A stretch of DNA of 64,000 nt from an uncultured Candidatus Saccharibacteria bacterium (GTDB lineage Bacteria; Patescibacteriota; Minisyncoccia; Phycocordibacterales; UBA918), in the NCBI GenBank assembly GCA_964425625.1, contig CAYRMI010000005.1:79-64078 (forward strand), written 5' to 3'. Every line of letters begins with the position of its first letter. Position 1 is the stretch's first letter. A model generated the notes under the pieces. That model did not search any database, was not told the DNA's origin, and saw nothing but the letters and a program-made list of their open reading frames with translations. Of this stretch, positions 47,234 through 55,705 are shown piece after piece. A program made the position numbers and the translations under genes.

Positions 47234-48439
47234 CTACTTGGTACTGGCCGGAATAGTACAGTGGGGGAGGGTGTTGTTGGGGGTGATGGTGTGCGTGGTA
47301 GCTTCAGGGTAGAGTTTGCGGAAGGTAGTGAAAGTGGCATCCGGCTTGCCGTACTTTACCTCATAAGCATCAATTATATGGCCGTGGGTGCGCACAAAAT
47401 CTATTTCTAGTTTAGTCGAAGTACGCCAGAAATAGGTCCTAGGAGGAAGTGATTCTAGTGTGTCAATTTTAAGAAATTCGGTATAGATGAGGGACTCAAA
47501 GTTTTTTCCCAGTGCGCTATGGTTGTTGCTCTCGGGAATGGCGGTCAGGGCGTTCATAACGCCATTATCAAGGAAGTAGATTTTGTAGGCTTTCTTTAAT
47601 TCCTTGGTGTAATTTCTGGCAAACGAATATACGCGTTTGATTACAAACGCTTGTTCAAGTAGACGAATATAGTTCTCTACGGTCGCTGGCGAAACTCCAA
47701 TGGCTTTGGCTAGGCTACTGGTATTGACCGTGCTTCCGACTCTGGTGGCAAGATGGGTCACTAGGTCTTCAAAGTTTTTGGGGTTACGTAGTGCCTCAAA
47801 AGTGAATACGTCCTTGTAGAGATAGTTGGTGGCAATTCTTTTGATTTCAGCTTCTTTTTCTTCTGGTGTACTCACCGCCACCACTGCCGGATAAGTACCA
47901 AAGCGAAGAAGATTGGTAAATAATTCTGGGGTAAGAGTAAGAGTGTCAGAAATTTCAGCCAGAGAGAGCGGGTAGAGCATAAACTCATCGGCTCGCCCAG
48001 TGAGAGGTTCTCTAATTTCGTTAGCCAAGTCAAAAGAGCTGGAGCCGGTGGCGATAATTTTAATTTCCGGGTAGGTATCATGAAAGAGTTTAAGTATCTT
48101 GCCGATGTTGGAGATGGTTTGAGCTTCATCGAAAGCGACGAGGGTTCGTTCTCCGATGAGGTTTTTTAGGGGCTTGGTATCTCCCAGTTTGAAGGCTCGG
48201 CGCACATCATTTTGCTCACAGTTAAAATATGCATCAGTGTGTCCGAGGTCCTTTAGCAGGGTTTTGACGAGAGTAGTTTTACCAGCTTGGCGGGGGCCAA
48301 GAATTACAATCAAACCTTGATGGTTGATCCGTTTTAGAATTTGCTCCGCTATTCTACGTTTAAAAATAAGCATATAATTGCATTTCTGATAATTTGTAAG
48401 TATATATAGTAAATTATCACAAAATCTGACAATTTGCAA
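47234..48439 (-). CDS. AAA-family ATPase with a DUF4143 C-terminal domain (COG1373-like). The true start is probably at 48373.
   Basis: Walker A LGPRQAGKTTL. Walker B VAFDEAQ. Confidence 0.65.
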   Translation of the reverse strand: MQIVRFCDNLLYILTNYQKCNYMLIFKRRIAEQILKRINHQGLIVILGPRQAGKTTLVKTLLKDLGHTDAYFNCEQNDVRRAFKLGDTKPLKNLIGERTLVAFDEAQTISNIGKILKLFHDTYPEIKIIATGSSSFDLANEIREPLTGRADEFMLYPLSLAEISDTLTLTPELFTNLLRFGTYPAVVAVSTPEEKEAEIKRIATNYLYKDVFTFEALRNPKNFEDLVTHLATRVGSTVNTSSLAKAIGVSPATVENYIRLLEQAFVIKRVYSFARNYTKELKKAYKIYFLDNGVMNALTAIPESNNHSALGKNFESLIYTEFLKIDTLESLPPRTYFWRTSTKLEIDFVRTHGHIIDAYEVKYGKPDATFTTFRKLYPEATTHTITPNNTLPHCTIPASTK

Positions 48440-48572
48440 GGTAAAAGGGGTAGTCTAGCTGACTTTTTCAGCTATTTAGGCTAATTTTAAAATTTTGCAC
48501 CGCTGATACAAAGCTCTATTTAAGGTTATAATCTTGTTTCTGATAATTTGTAAGTATACATAGTAAATTGTC
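48384..48572. promoter_or_regulatory. Two copies of a 37-bp direct repeat (48384-48419 and 48536-48572) upstream of the ATPase gene. Putative operator/promoter elements.
   Basis: TTTCTGATAATTTGTAAGTATA(T/C)ATAGTAAATT(A/G)TCA. Confidence 0.4.
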
Positions 48573-48655
48573 ATTAATTAGCAGGTTTTAGTTTTTTCAG
48601 CCTTATTCAAATTAACGGTTATGATACAGGGTCGCTTTTATCGCAGTGGTGAGTT

Positions 48656-48901
48656 TTATTTTGGGTGTTTGATGATGGAAATAATAATATAGTGAGGCTC
48701 GACGACGTGAAAGTAGAAGCGGTAACCTCTGTCTATCCTGCCTTGCCATAGATTTTCAAAACTTTGGTACTTTTTTACTTTAAGTGAGGGGTGTCTAAAG
48801 TCTTCTAGTAAATAACCAAACTGTTTATCAGCTTTCTTTTTTAGAGAGTAGGGAAGTAAGCGGTATTGCTTGATGGCTCCTTCCGTAAATTTAATTCTCA
48901 T
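48656..48901 (-). CDS. RelE/ParE-superfamily type II toxin.
   Basis: 81 aa. ...GRIDRGYRFYFHVV...IISIIKH. 11-nt overlap with the upstream antitoxin gene. Confidence 0.6.
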   Translation of the reverse strand: MRIKFTEGAIKQYRLLPYSLKKKADKQFGYLLEDFRHPSLKVKKYQSFENLWQGRIDRGYRFYFHVVEPHYIIISIIKHPK

Positions 48902-49151
48902 ACTTATCTAGTTTGGTATGAAATTCTTTAATTGTGCCAAACTCAATAAATTTACCTTTCTTTATATCCTGCAACCCCTCTGTGATGGCTTTGGCCAATT
49001 CTATATCAATTGATGATGTTTGGGGCTCGAGGATGATTTTCCGACCGGATCGCTCTACACTAAGTATCTGACCCTCTTCTAAGGAAAGGGCATCACGCAG
49101 TTTTTTGGGTAAAGTTAGTAGGCCACGCTGTTGTAGTTTAATAGTATTCAT
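48891..49151 (-). CDS. AbrB/MazE-type (SpoVT-AbrB fold) antitoxin.
   Basis: N-terminal LPKKLRDALSLEEGQIL swapped-hairpin motif. Confidence 0.6.
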   Translation of the reverse strand: MNTIKLQQRGLLTLPKKLRDALSLEEGQILSVERSGRKIILEPQTSSIDIELAKAITEGLQDIKKGKFIEFGTIKEFHTKLDKYEN

Positions 49152-49300
49152 AAATTCAGTATATATGAATTTCAGTATTTCTACAAATTTATAACAATTG
49201 AGTTCGCTCGCTCACTAAAAGCTTGATTTTTGGTTGGGGATGTATTCTAATAGCGGAGTTCTTTCACGTTATCTTTCACTTCAACCAAGAGGGGAAACAA

Positions 49301-49939
49301 ATGTCCGATAAAGTTAGACAGGCAACCGTCGAGCAATTGATGGCGGAGGCCATGGCGACGGCCCAATCCATCATCTGGTCAGACTACCTGCGCCAAGCGA
49401 TGCTCAAGGTCAAAACCAAGTTGCTGGCTGATGAGCTGGTACCGCGAGCTGTCTGGAGTTATCTCAAAGAGAGGGGGGTCAAACAGTTTGATTACTACTT
49501 CAAGCACAACTTGGAAGACTTGTCAGACAAGGAAGCCTGGGGAAATAGTTTTCCGCCGGCCTTGCTGGAGTACAACCAGCTTCGTAACAACTCACAAGAA
49601 GAACTGCGTTTGGTGAGAGTGCCAGTGGCCGAGATTGGTTTTTACGAAGTCATGGCTCGCTTCTCGCATGAGCGCTACCAACGACCCAAACTAGAGGTGA
49701 CTGAGCTCTTGCTGTATCACCACTTGTGTGGGCATCTGCGAGTCCTGCGCGAGCACTGCGAGCGTTATGACTTTATGGATGAGGTCGAGGCGTTGTCGGC
49801 ACTCAGTCAGTGTTTGGTGACGTATGTCGAGTGTCGAGAGAGGTATCGTCGCCAAGCTACTAGCCGCCGCTTGGATGCTGATGAATCCATTTGGTTAAAC
49901 TGGCGGGGGTTGATGGACAAGCTGGAGAAGAAGAAGTAG
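49301..49939 (+). CDS. Hypothetical protein (GC-rich).
   Basis: RBS GAGGGG 7 nt upstream of the ATG. Two terminators downstream. Confidence 0.45.
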   Translation: MSDKVRQATVEQLMAEAMATAQSIIWSDYLRQAMLKVKTKLLADELVPRAVWSYLKERGVKQFDYYFKHNLEDLSDKEAWGNSFPPALLEYNQLRNNSQEELRLVRVPVAEIGFYEVMARFSHERYQRPKLEVTELLLYHHLCGHLRVLREHCERYDFMDEVEALSALSQCLVTYVECRERYRRQATSRRLDADESIWLNWRGLMDKLEKKK

Positions 49940-49949
49940 ATGGAGTCGG

Positions 49950-50055
49950 GGGGCCGGTAGCGCTTGCGCTACCGGCCTCTATTTTTTTGCCAGTTGAAAT
50001 TAAACCTGGTGATAAAACGGCCGGTCCCCCTTTGGGGGACCGGCCGTTTTATCAC
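49950..50055. terminator. Two GC-rich hairpin terminators between convergent genes.
   Basis: GGCCGGTAGCGC-TTGC-GCTACCGGCC and AAAACGGCCGGTCCCCC-TTT-GGGGGACCGGCCGTTTT. Confidence 0.75.
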
Positions 50056-50076
50056 CAGATCCAGGGCAAGTTGAAT

Positions 50077-51135
50077 CTAAAAGTAAAAATGACCGTGGTT
50101 TTTTTGCATCAGCTCATAGTCGGCCTTAGTCATGAGCTTGGCGAGGTCGGCAAATTTTATCTTAGCTTCCCAGCCGAGTTTGGCTTTGGCTGTGGCGGGG
50201 TTACCAAGGAGTAAGTCGACTTCGGTGGGGCGGAAATATTGCGGGTTGATTTTGATAATTGTCTTACCGGTTGCTTGGTCAATCCCAACTTCATCTACAC
50301 CTTGGCCTTGCCACTCTAGTTTGATACTGAGCTCCTCGCAAGCGGCTTCGATAAATTCGCGCACACTATGAGTCTCACCGGTGGCGATGACAAAGTCTTC
50401 TGGAGTGTCTTGTTGGAGCATGAGCCACATTGCCTCGACGTATTCTTTGGCGTAGCCCCAGTCGCGCTTAGCGTCGAGGTTGCCGAGCTCCAGATGGTTT
50501 TGTAGGCCTAGTTTAATTTTGGATAGACCGATGGTGATTTTGCGGGTGACGAAGTTGTAGCCACGTCGTTCACTTTCGTGATTGAAGAGTATGCCATTAC
50601 AAGCAAACATATCGTAAGCCTCGCGATAGTTTTTGATAATCCAAAAACTGTAGAGCTTGGCTACACCATAGGGGCTACGAGGATAGAAGGGGGTAGTCTC
50701 GCTTTGCGGTGTTTCTTGTACTAAGCCGTAGAGTTCGGAAGTGGAGGCTTGGTAGAATTTTGTCTTATGACCGAGGCCTTGTTTGCGAATGGCTTCGAGG
50801 ATAGTCAGGGTACCGAGGGCATCAGTCTGCGCGGTTAGTTCTGGTAGATCAAAAGAAATACGCACGTGACTCTGGGCGGCGAGGTTGTAGACTTCGTCGG
50901 GTTCGATTTCACGCAGAAGAGTAGAGATATTGGTAGTATCGGTTAGGTCACCGTGATGCAGAAAGAGGGTTTTATTATGAATCTCGGGATTATTGAAAAG
51001 GTGTTCGATGCGAGCGGTGCGGATAGAGCTAGAAGGGCGCACGATGCCGTGTACCTCGTAACCCTTCTCTAGGAGTAATTCGGCTAAGTATGATCCGTCT
51101 TGACCGGTGATGCCGGTGATTAAGGCTTTTTTCAT
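50077..51135 (-). CDS. gmd: GDP-mannose 4,6-dehydratase.
   Basis: [30 protein letters not shown] and [12 protein letters not shown]. Confidence 0.9.
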   Translation of the reverse strand: MKKALITGITGQDGSYLAELLLEKGYEVHGIVRPSSSIRTARIEHLFNNPEIHNKTLFLHHGDLTDTTNISTLLREIEPDEVYNLAAQSHVRISFDLPELTAQTDALGTLTILEAIRKQGLGHKTKFYQASTSELYGLVQETPQSETTPFYPRSPYGVAKLYSFWIIKNYREAYDMFACNGILFNHESERRGYNFVTRKITIGLSKIKLGLQNHLELGNLDAKRDWGYAKEYVEAMWLMLQQDTPEDFVIATGETHSVREFIEAACEELSIKLEWQGQGVDEVGIDQATGKTIIKINPQYFRPTEVDLLLGNPATAKAKLGWEAKIKFADLAKLMTKADYELMQKNHGHFYF

Positions 51136-51275
51136 AGATGATTATTCTAACAGATGAAAAGGGAAATAGGTTACGGGGTGTCCACGAAAAAGCGAAGCTT
51201 TTTCTTGGGCGCTGTTTTTGATTGGTCAATAAGTGAGATTGATAAGTACTTTGTTAAGTATATAATTTACAGATT

Positions 51276-51533
51276 ATGGATACTATCATTAGAATAAAGT
51301 TGGATAAGGCGATTAAAGAAGAGGCTGAAGATATGGGTCTAAACTTGACTGTGCTAATTAACGACTATTTTAAGCAGTTGGTTGCTGCTAGAAAGGAGGT
51401 GCCTTATGTTCCAGAACAAATGACGCCAAAGTTGGAGAAGAGTTTAAGGCGAGTGAAAAAAGAGATGGATGAGTCTAAAGATAGGAAGGCATTTACCAAC
51501 GCTGGTGATTTTTCGGCTGATTTAAAAAAGTAG
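51276..51533 (+). CDS. RelB/DinJ-family RHH antitoxin-like protein, with no adjacent toxin.
   Basis: IRIKLDKAIKEEAEDMGLNLTVLINDYFKQLV. Confidence 0.5.
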   Translation: MDTIIRIKLDKAIKEEAEDMGLNLTVLINDYFKQLVAARKEVPYVPEQMTPKLEKSLRRVKKEMDESKDRKAFTNAGDFSADLKK

Positions 51534-51549
51534 GAGTTTTTTTTAAATT

Positions 51550-52329
51550 TTGCATACTTGGGGTAACCGAGAAGGTTTTTACTTGGTTGTAATTGGGATG
51601 AAAGAAAAAAATATGCCAGCAAAGAAGATTGTCATTTCGGGTGGGTTTGATCCGATACATCCCGGGCACATCGCGATGATTGAGTCGGCCAGAGAGTATG
51701 GTGAGGTGCATGTGGTGGTAAATAGCGATGAGTGGTTGATTCGCAAGAAAGGCTTTTTCTTTCAGCCCTGGACCGATCGCAAAAAAATAATTGAAGCTTA
51801 CACTCCACATGTGCATGTGGTTGATGATAGTGATGGGACGGTCTGTGAAGCTTTGCGCCGGATCAAGCCGGATTATTTTGGTAACGGGGGAGACCGGACC
51901 AACAAAAATACCCCCGAGCTCGATGTCTGCCGAGAGCTTGGGATTGAGCCGGTGTTTGAGCTCGGGGGTGGGAAGTATAGTTCGAGCTCAGCTATCAATG
52001 GTCGCCAGCGGGTGAAGACTAGATGGGGGATGTACGATGTGCTGTTGGACATGCCTCTACTGAAAGTTAAACTCCTTACCATTGAAGCGGGTAAAAAGCT
52101 GTCTTTGCAACGTCATAATGACCGTAGTGAATTTTTCTTTATGCCGAGCGGGGAAGTGCGGGTAAATTTGCCTGGGGTTTGGCATGCCCCCAAGGCGCCG
52201 GAAGATGAAGACCTGGTGATATTGGAAGTCCAGCTTGGACTAGCGGAAGAGCATGATATAGAGCGGATTAGTGAAGAGGATGAAGCGCATGAGGTAGAGG
52301 TAAAAAAGAAGATAAAGTTAAATCACTAG
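51550..52329 (+). CDS. Fusion of a cytidylyl/adenylyltransferase-like domain (HxGH) with a ManC-type cupin domain. The true start is probably MPAKK at 51613.
   Basis: ISGGFDPIHPGH. C-terminal KLSLQRHNDRSEFFFMPSGEVRV cupin block. Confidence 0.55.
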   Translation: MHTWGNREGFYLVVIGMKEKNMPAKKIVISGGFDPIHPGHIAMIESAREYGEVHVVVNSDEWLIRKKGFFFQPWTDRKKIIEAYTPHVHVVDDSDGTVCEALRRIKPDYFGNGGDRTNKNTPELDVCRELGIEPVFELGGGKYSSSSAINGRQRVKTRWGMYDVLLDMPLLKVKLLTIEAGKKLSLQRHNDRSEFFFMPSGEVRVNLPGVWHAPKAPEDEDLVILEVQLGLAEEHDIERISEEDEAHEVEVKKKIKLNH

Positions 52330-52335
52330 TAGGGA

Positions 52336-52378
52336 AAAAGCAGGGCGGGGCCTTTGGCCCCGCCCTGCTTTTTTTAGC
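52336..52378 (+). terminator. Rho-independent terminator.
   Basis: AAAAAGCAGGGCGGGGCC-TTT-GGCCCCGCCCTGCTTTTTTT. Confidence 0.8.
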
Positions 52379-52442
52379 CCTTGACTCCTTGGCTTAATAA
52401 TATAGGCTAATTACCTGTTCTTGTTTTATGAGGAGATAGATC

Positions 52443-52814
52443 ATGTTGGGTACAGCAGTGTCAGTCGAAAGTTTGGTCGGGAAGTATGTTTGCCTTGATG
52501 AAGGAGCTTCACAGTGCCAACGCTACGGCGTGGTCTGTCAGGTGTCGGAGGGCGACCCTTCTGCGGTTTGGGTCATGTACTTCAAGAGTCGTCGCTTTCG
52601 TCCGGTACCGATCTCGTGTTGTCGGGAAGTCCCTGCCCATGCTATACGTGAAGGATTGGTGGGGAATGAAGTGCAAGTGCCAGGTTTTGGTCGAGGTACC
52701 GTCATCGGCGAATATGTCAATGATGGCAGTGAGCTCATCTTGCGTGTACAAGCCAAAGACAAACCAATCTTCACGACGATTGAGTTTTGGCAGGTACGGG
52801 TGCTCGTGCCCTGA
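52443..52814 (+). CDS. Hypothetical protein (GC-rich).
   Basis: RBS GAGGAG. Competing antisense ORFs make this call uncertain. Confidence 0.35.
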   Translation: MLGTAVSVESLVGKYVCLDEGASQCQRYGVVCQVSEGDPSAVWVMYFKSRRFRPVPISCCREVPAHAIREGLVGNEVQVPGFGRGTVIGEYVNDGSELILRVQAKDKPIFTTIEFWQVRVLVP

Positions 52815-52935
52815 AGTAGGGTGGTAAGGAAAAAGGGGCAAGTGGCGCGAAGCGCAACTTGCCCCATGTTGATTTGGGAAAATGAAAAAGCGTCGGGGTT
52901 GCTTTTGTCCCTGTGGGACATAGTCTCTTGTCTGG

Positions 52936-53343
52936 TCAAGGGGTAGTGACCAGAGCCAGGGTACTGGGGGCGATGGCCGGCGATGCCTTTGGCATCGCCG
53001 GCCACTCTCCTGGCACTTCACTAAACCAAATGTCCCACCAGGCTGGCAGTTCTTGGAATTTGTTGGGCCGGCCATCGCACCAGACAAACAGAGCGTGACT
53101 TGCTCCTTTGAGCCAGCTCACGGTGTAATGTTTTTGGTGATTGTCAGTACAAGGTCGACTGAAGGTCTGGACCTCTCTGGTGAGAGGGTACGAACGATCG
53201 ATGGTGAACTTCAGCGGCCCTACCTGTCGGGTGAAGTAGCCAGGGGATACTTCCTGCCAGACAAAGTCAATCTGGCCGAGAATGACCAGAATAAGAATGG
53301 TCAAAGAAGCCACTATTTGGGCGGGGACTTTGATATTTTTCAC
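52936..53343 (-). CDS. Hypothetical signal-anchored small protein (GTG start).
   Basis: AAGGAG sits 5 nt upstream of the GTG. Hydrophobic N-terminal helix. Minus-strand terminator at 52866-52830. Confidence 0.35.
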   Translation of the reverse strand: MKNIKVPAQIVASLTILILVILGQIDFVWQEVSPGYFTRQVGPLKFTIDRSYPLTREVQTFSRPCTDNHQKHYTVSWLKGASHALFVWCDGRPNKFQELPAWWDIWFSEVPGEWPAMPKASPAIAPSTLALVTTP

Positions 53344-53438
53344 ATCATCTCCTTGGTGGTTGAAGGGTAATTGAAAGGGGAACTGACTTTTTATATTATG
53401 CCACATTTAAACGTAAAAGTATATAGTAAATAATTTGT

Positions 53439-55694
53439 ATGAGAGTTTTAAGCACTCGTCTAGAGTATCCGGTCGGCCATGCGATGTGGTATATTTTTAG
53501 CCATATGAAAGATTTTTTAAAAGTGGTGGTCTACGGTGGTTTGTTTGCGGTGCCGTTTTTGACGATGTTTGTGGTCAATGATTATTTCTTCCCATTTATT
53601 ACTGGTAAAAATTTTGCCTTTCGCATAATTGTCGAGGTGGTGTTGGTCGCCTGGGCTTTGTTGATGCTGATTGAGGCAAAATACCGACCGCAGTTTTCTT
53701 GGTTGCTCTTGAGCCTGGGTTCATTTTTGGGTGTGATGTTTTTGGCTAACCTATTTGGTGAGCATCCCCAGACCAGTTTTTGGAGTAACTTTGAAAGAAT
53801 GGATGGCTACGTCACTCTCGTTCATGTTTTTGCTTACACCCTAGTGCTCGGTAGCGTGCTCAAAACTAAAGAGCAATGGGGGGCATTTTTGCACACTACG
53901 CTCGGGGTGGCCTTTTTGGTGGCGATGTATGGTTTGGCGCAATACTCTGGTTCAATTGAAGGTTACACTGGTCGTATCGAGAGCTTTCTGGGTAACTCCG
54001 CCTATTTTGCTATCTATATGTACTTCCATATATTTATTGCTTTTTGGCTGTTTGTGGAAAATCGCTCAACCCTGCTTCGAGCTGGCCATGCTCTTTTGAT
54101 TGTCTTGTTTGTTTTCTCATTATTAGAGTCTGGTACGCGTGGTACGGTACTCGGTCTCATGTCGGGGGCGACAGTGATGGTGGCTTATATCGCTATCTTT
54201 GGCGCCAAGTATCCAGAATTTCGTCGCTACGCGGGGGGATCCTTTGCTGTGCTCTTGGTGGTAGCTGGTTCATTTTATCTAGCGCGTGATTCAGACCTTA
54301 TCCAAAGCAGTCCCAACCTCGCCCGAGTGGCCAATATCGACCTCAAGAGTGACTTGGTAGTACGCGGTACGATTTGGGGTATGGCGCTAGAAGGAGTAAA
54401 AGAAAGACCAATCCTCGGTTGGGGCCAAGGTAACTTCAACTACATCTTCAATGAGCAGTATGATCCTTTTCTCTATGGGCAAGAGCAATGGTTTGATCGG
54501 GTCCATAATATCTTCCTGGATTGGTTGGTGGCGGGTGGAGTTTTGGGCTTGCTCGCTTACTTTAGTATCTTCGCTGCCTGTCTCTATTACTTAGTGGTAG
54601 TGCCTTGGCAGAGAAAAGAGGATAAAACCTTTACGGTGCTAGAGCGGGGAGTACTTTTGGGTATTTTAGTGGGCTATCTAACACACAACTTGGTGGTGTT
54701 TGACAACCTGATCAGCTACATTTTCTTTGCGGTTATTTTGGGGCTCATCCAGAGTAGAGTCGGGACTCCGTTTAAGTTTTTTGAGAAACTTAAAGTAGAT
54801 CAAAATATCTTCAACCAATTTTTGGTACCAGTGGGGGCGGTGGCAATCGTAGCGTTAGTTTACACCTTACATATACCTGGTATGCAGGCAGCTGAGGATA
54901 TAATCAGTGCCTATCGTACGACAGATCCAGCGGGTAAGTTGGCGATGTTTGAAAAGGCTCTAGATAATAATTCCTTTGCCCACCAGGAGATAACCGAGCA
55001 AATCTCCCAGCAAGCGATGGGAATGATGCAAGATAAAGAAGTACCAGAAGAAGTCAGACAAAAGTTTATTGCTAGGGCTGAGCAAGAGCTCAATAAACTA
55101 ATAGAGGAAAAGCCTGGTGATGCGAGAGTGCATGTTTTTGCCAGTACTTTCTATCGATCGATTGGTGACTTGGAAGCGGCCGAGCGACAGATAACGCGTG
55201 CACAAGAGCTCTCACCGCGCAAACCATCGATTGTGATGCAAAGAGCAATCATTAAATATAGTCAAGGAAATACCGAGGCGGCTCGTGATCTGTTTAAGGA
55301 AGCCTTCGAACTGGATGAACGTAATGATGAGGCGCGTACATTTTATGCGGCTACGTTATTCCTGACTAAGGACGCGCCAGCAGCTAAGGCTTTGGCGACC
55401 GATGAACGCATTTACAAACTCTTTACGCAAAATGACTTCTTGATCTCGGCGGTAAATACCGCTGGTGAGATGACTTTTCTCAAAGATCTCTATGAGGTAC
55501 GTGTAACCGAAAATCCAACTGTAGTGCAGAACTGGGCATCATTATCGTTTATCTACCTCCAGGCTGGTGATAAGGAGTCATCAATAAAGACCTTAGAGCG
55601 GGCGAGTGAAGCGGTGCCAACTTTCAAGACCACGGCCCAATGTTTTATCAAGAATATAGAAGTAGGTAAGGATCCACAAGACGGTTGTAAATAA
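53439..55694 (+). CDS. O-antigen-ligase/Wzy_C-domain polytopic membrane protein with C-terminal TPR repeats. A possible O-oligosaccharyltransferase.
   Basis: RVHNIFLDWLVAGGVLGLLAY (Wzy_C block). ~12 TM. C-terminal 250 aa helical repeats. Confidence 0.6.
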   Translation: MRVLSTRLEYPVGHAMWYIFSHMKDFLKVVVYGGLFAVPFLTMFVVNDYFFPFITGKNFAFRIIVEVVLVAWALLMLIEAKYRPQFSWLLLSLGSFLGVMFLANLFGEHPQTSFWSNFERMDGYVTLVHVFAYTLVLGSVLKTKEQWGAFLHTTLGVAFLVAMYGLAQYSGSIEGYTGRIESFLGNSAYFAIYMYFHIFIAFWLFVENRSTLLRAGHALLIVLFVFSLLESGTRGTVLGLMSGATVMVAYIAIFGAKYPEFRRYAGGSFAVLLVVAGSFYLARDSDLIQSSPNLARVANIDLKSDLVVRGTIWGMALEGVKERPILGWGQGNFNYIFNEQYDPFLYGQEQWFDRVHNIFLDWLVAGGVLGLLAYFSIFAACLYYLVVVPWQRKEDKTFTVLERGVLLGILVGYLTHNLVVFDNLISYIFFAVILGLIQSRVGTPFKFFEKLKVDQNIFNQFLVPVGAVAIVALVYTLHIPGMQAAEDIISAYRTTDPAGKLAMFEKALDNNSFAHQEITEQISQQAMGMMQDKEVPEEVRQKFIARAEQELNKLIEEKPGDARVHVFASTFYRSIGDLEAAERQITRAQELSPRKPSIVMQRAIIKYSQGNTEAARDLFKEAFELDERNDEARTFYAATLFLTKDAPAAKALATDERIYKLFTQNDFLISAVNTAGEMTFLKDLYEVRVTENPTVVQNWASLSFIYLQAGDKESSIKTLERASEAVPTFKTTAQCFIKNIEVGKDPQDGCK

Positions 55695-55705
55695 TTTCTC
55701 TGGGT

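Noticed and set aside
48384-48572. Possible CRISPR array from the 37-bp direct repeats.
   Set aside because: There are only two copies, ~150 bp apart. It is AT-rich promoter-like sequence with no spacer periodicity or cas genes.
52509-53087. 192-aa and 155-aa minus-strand ORFs in the GC-rich stretch.
   Set aside because: High GC inflates ORF length. They have no RBS, and they conflict with better-supported genes on the opposite strand and downstream.
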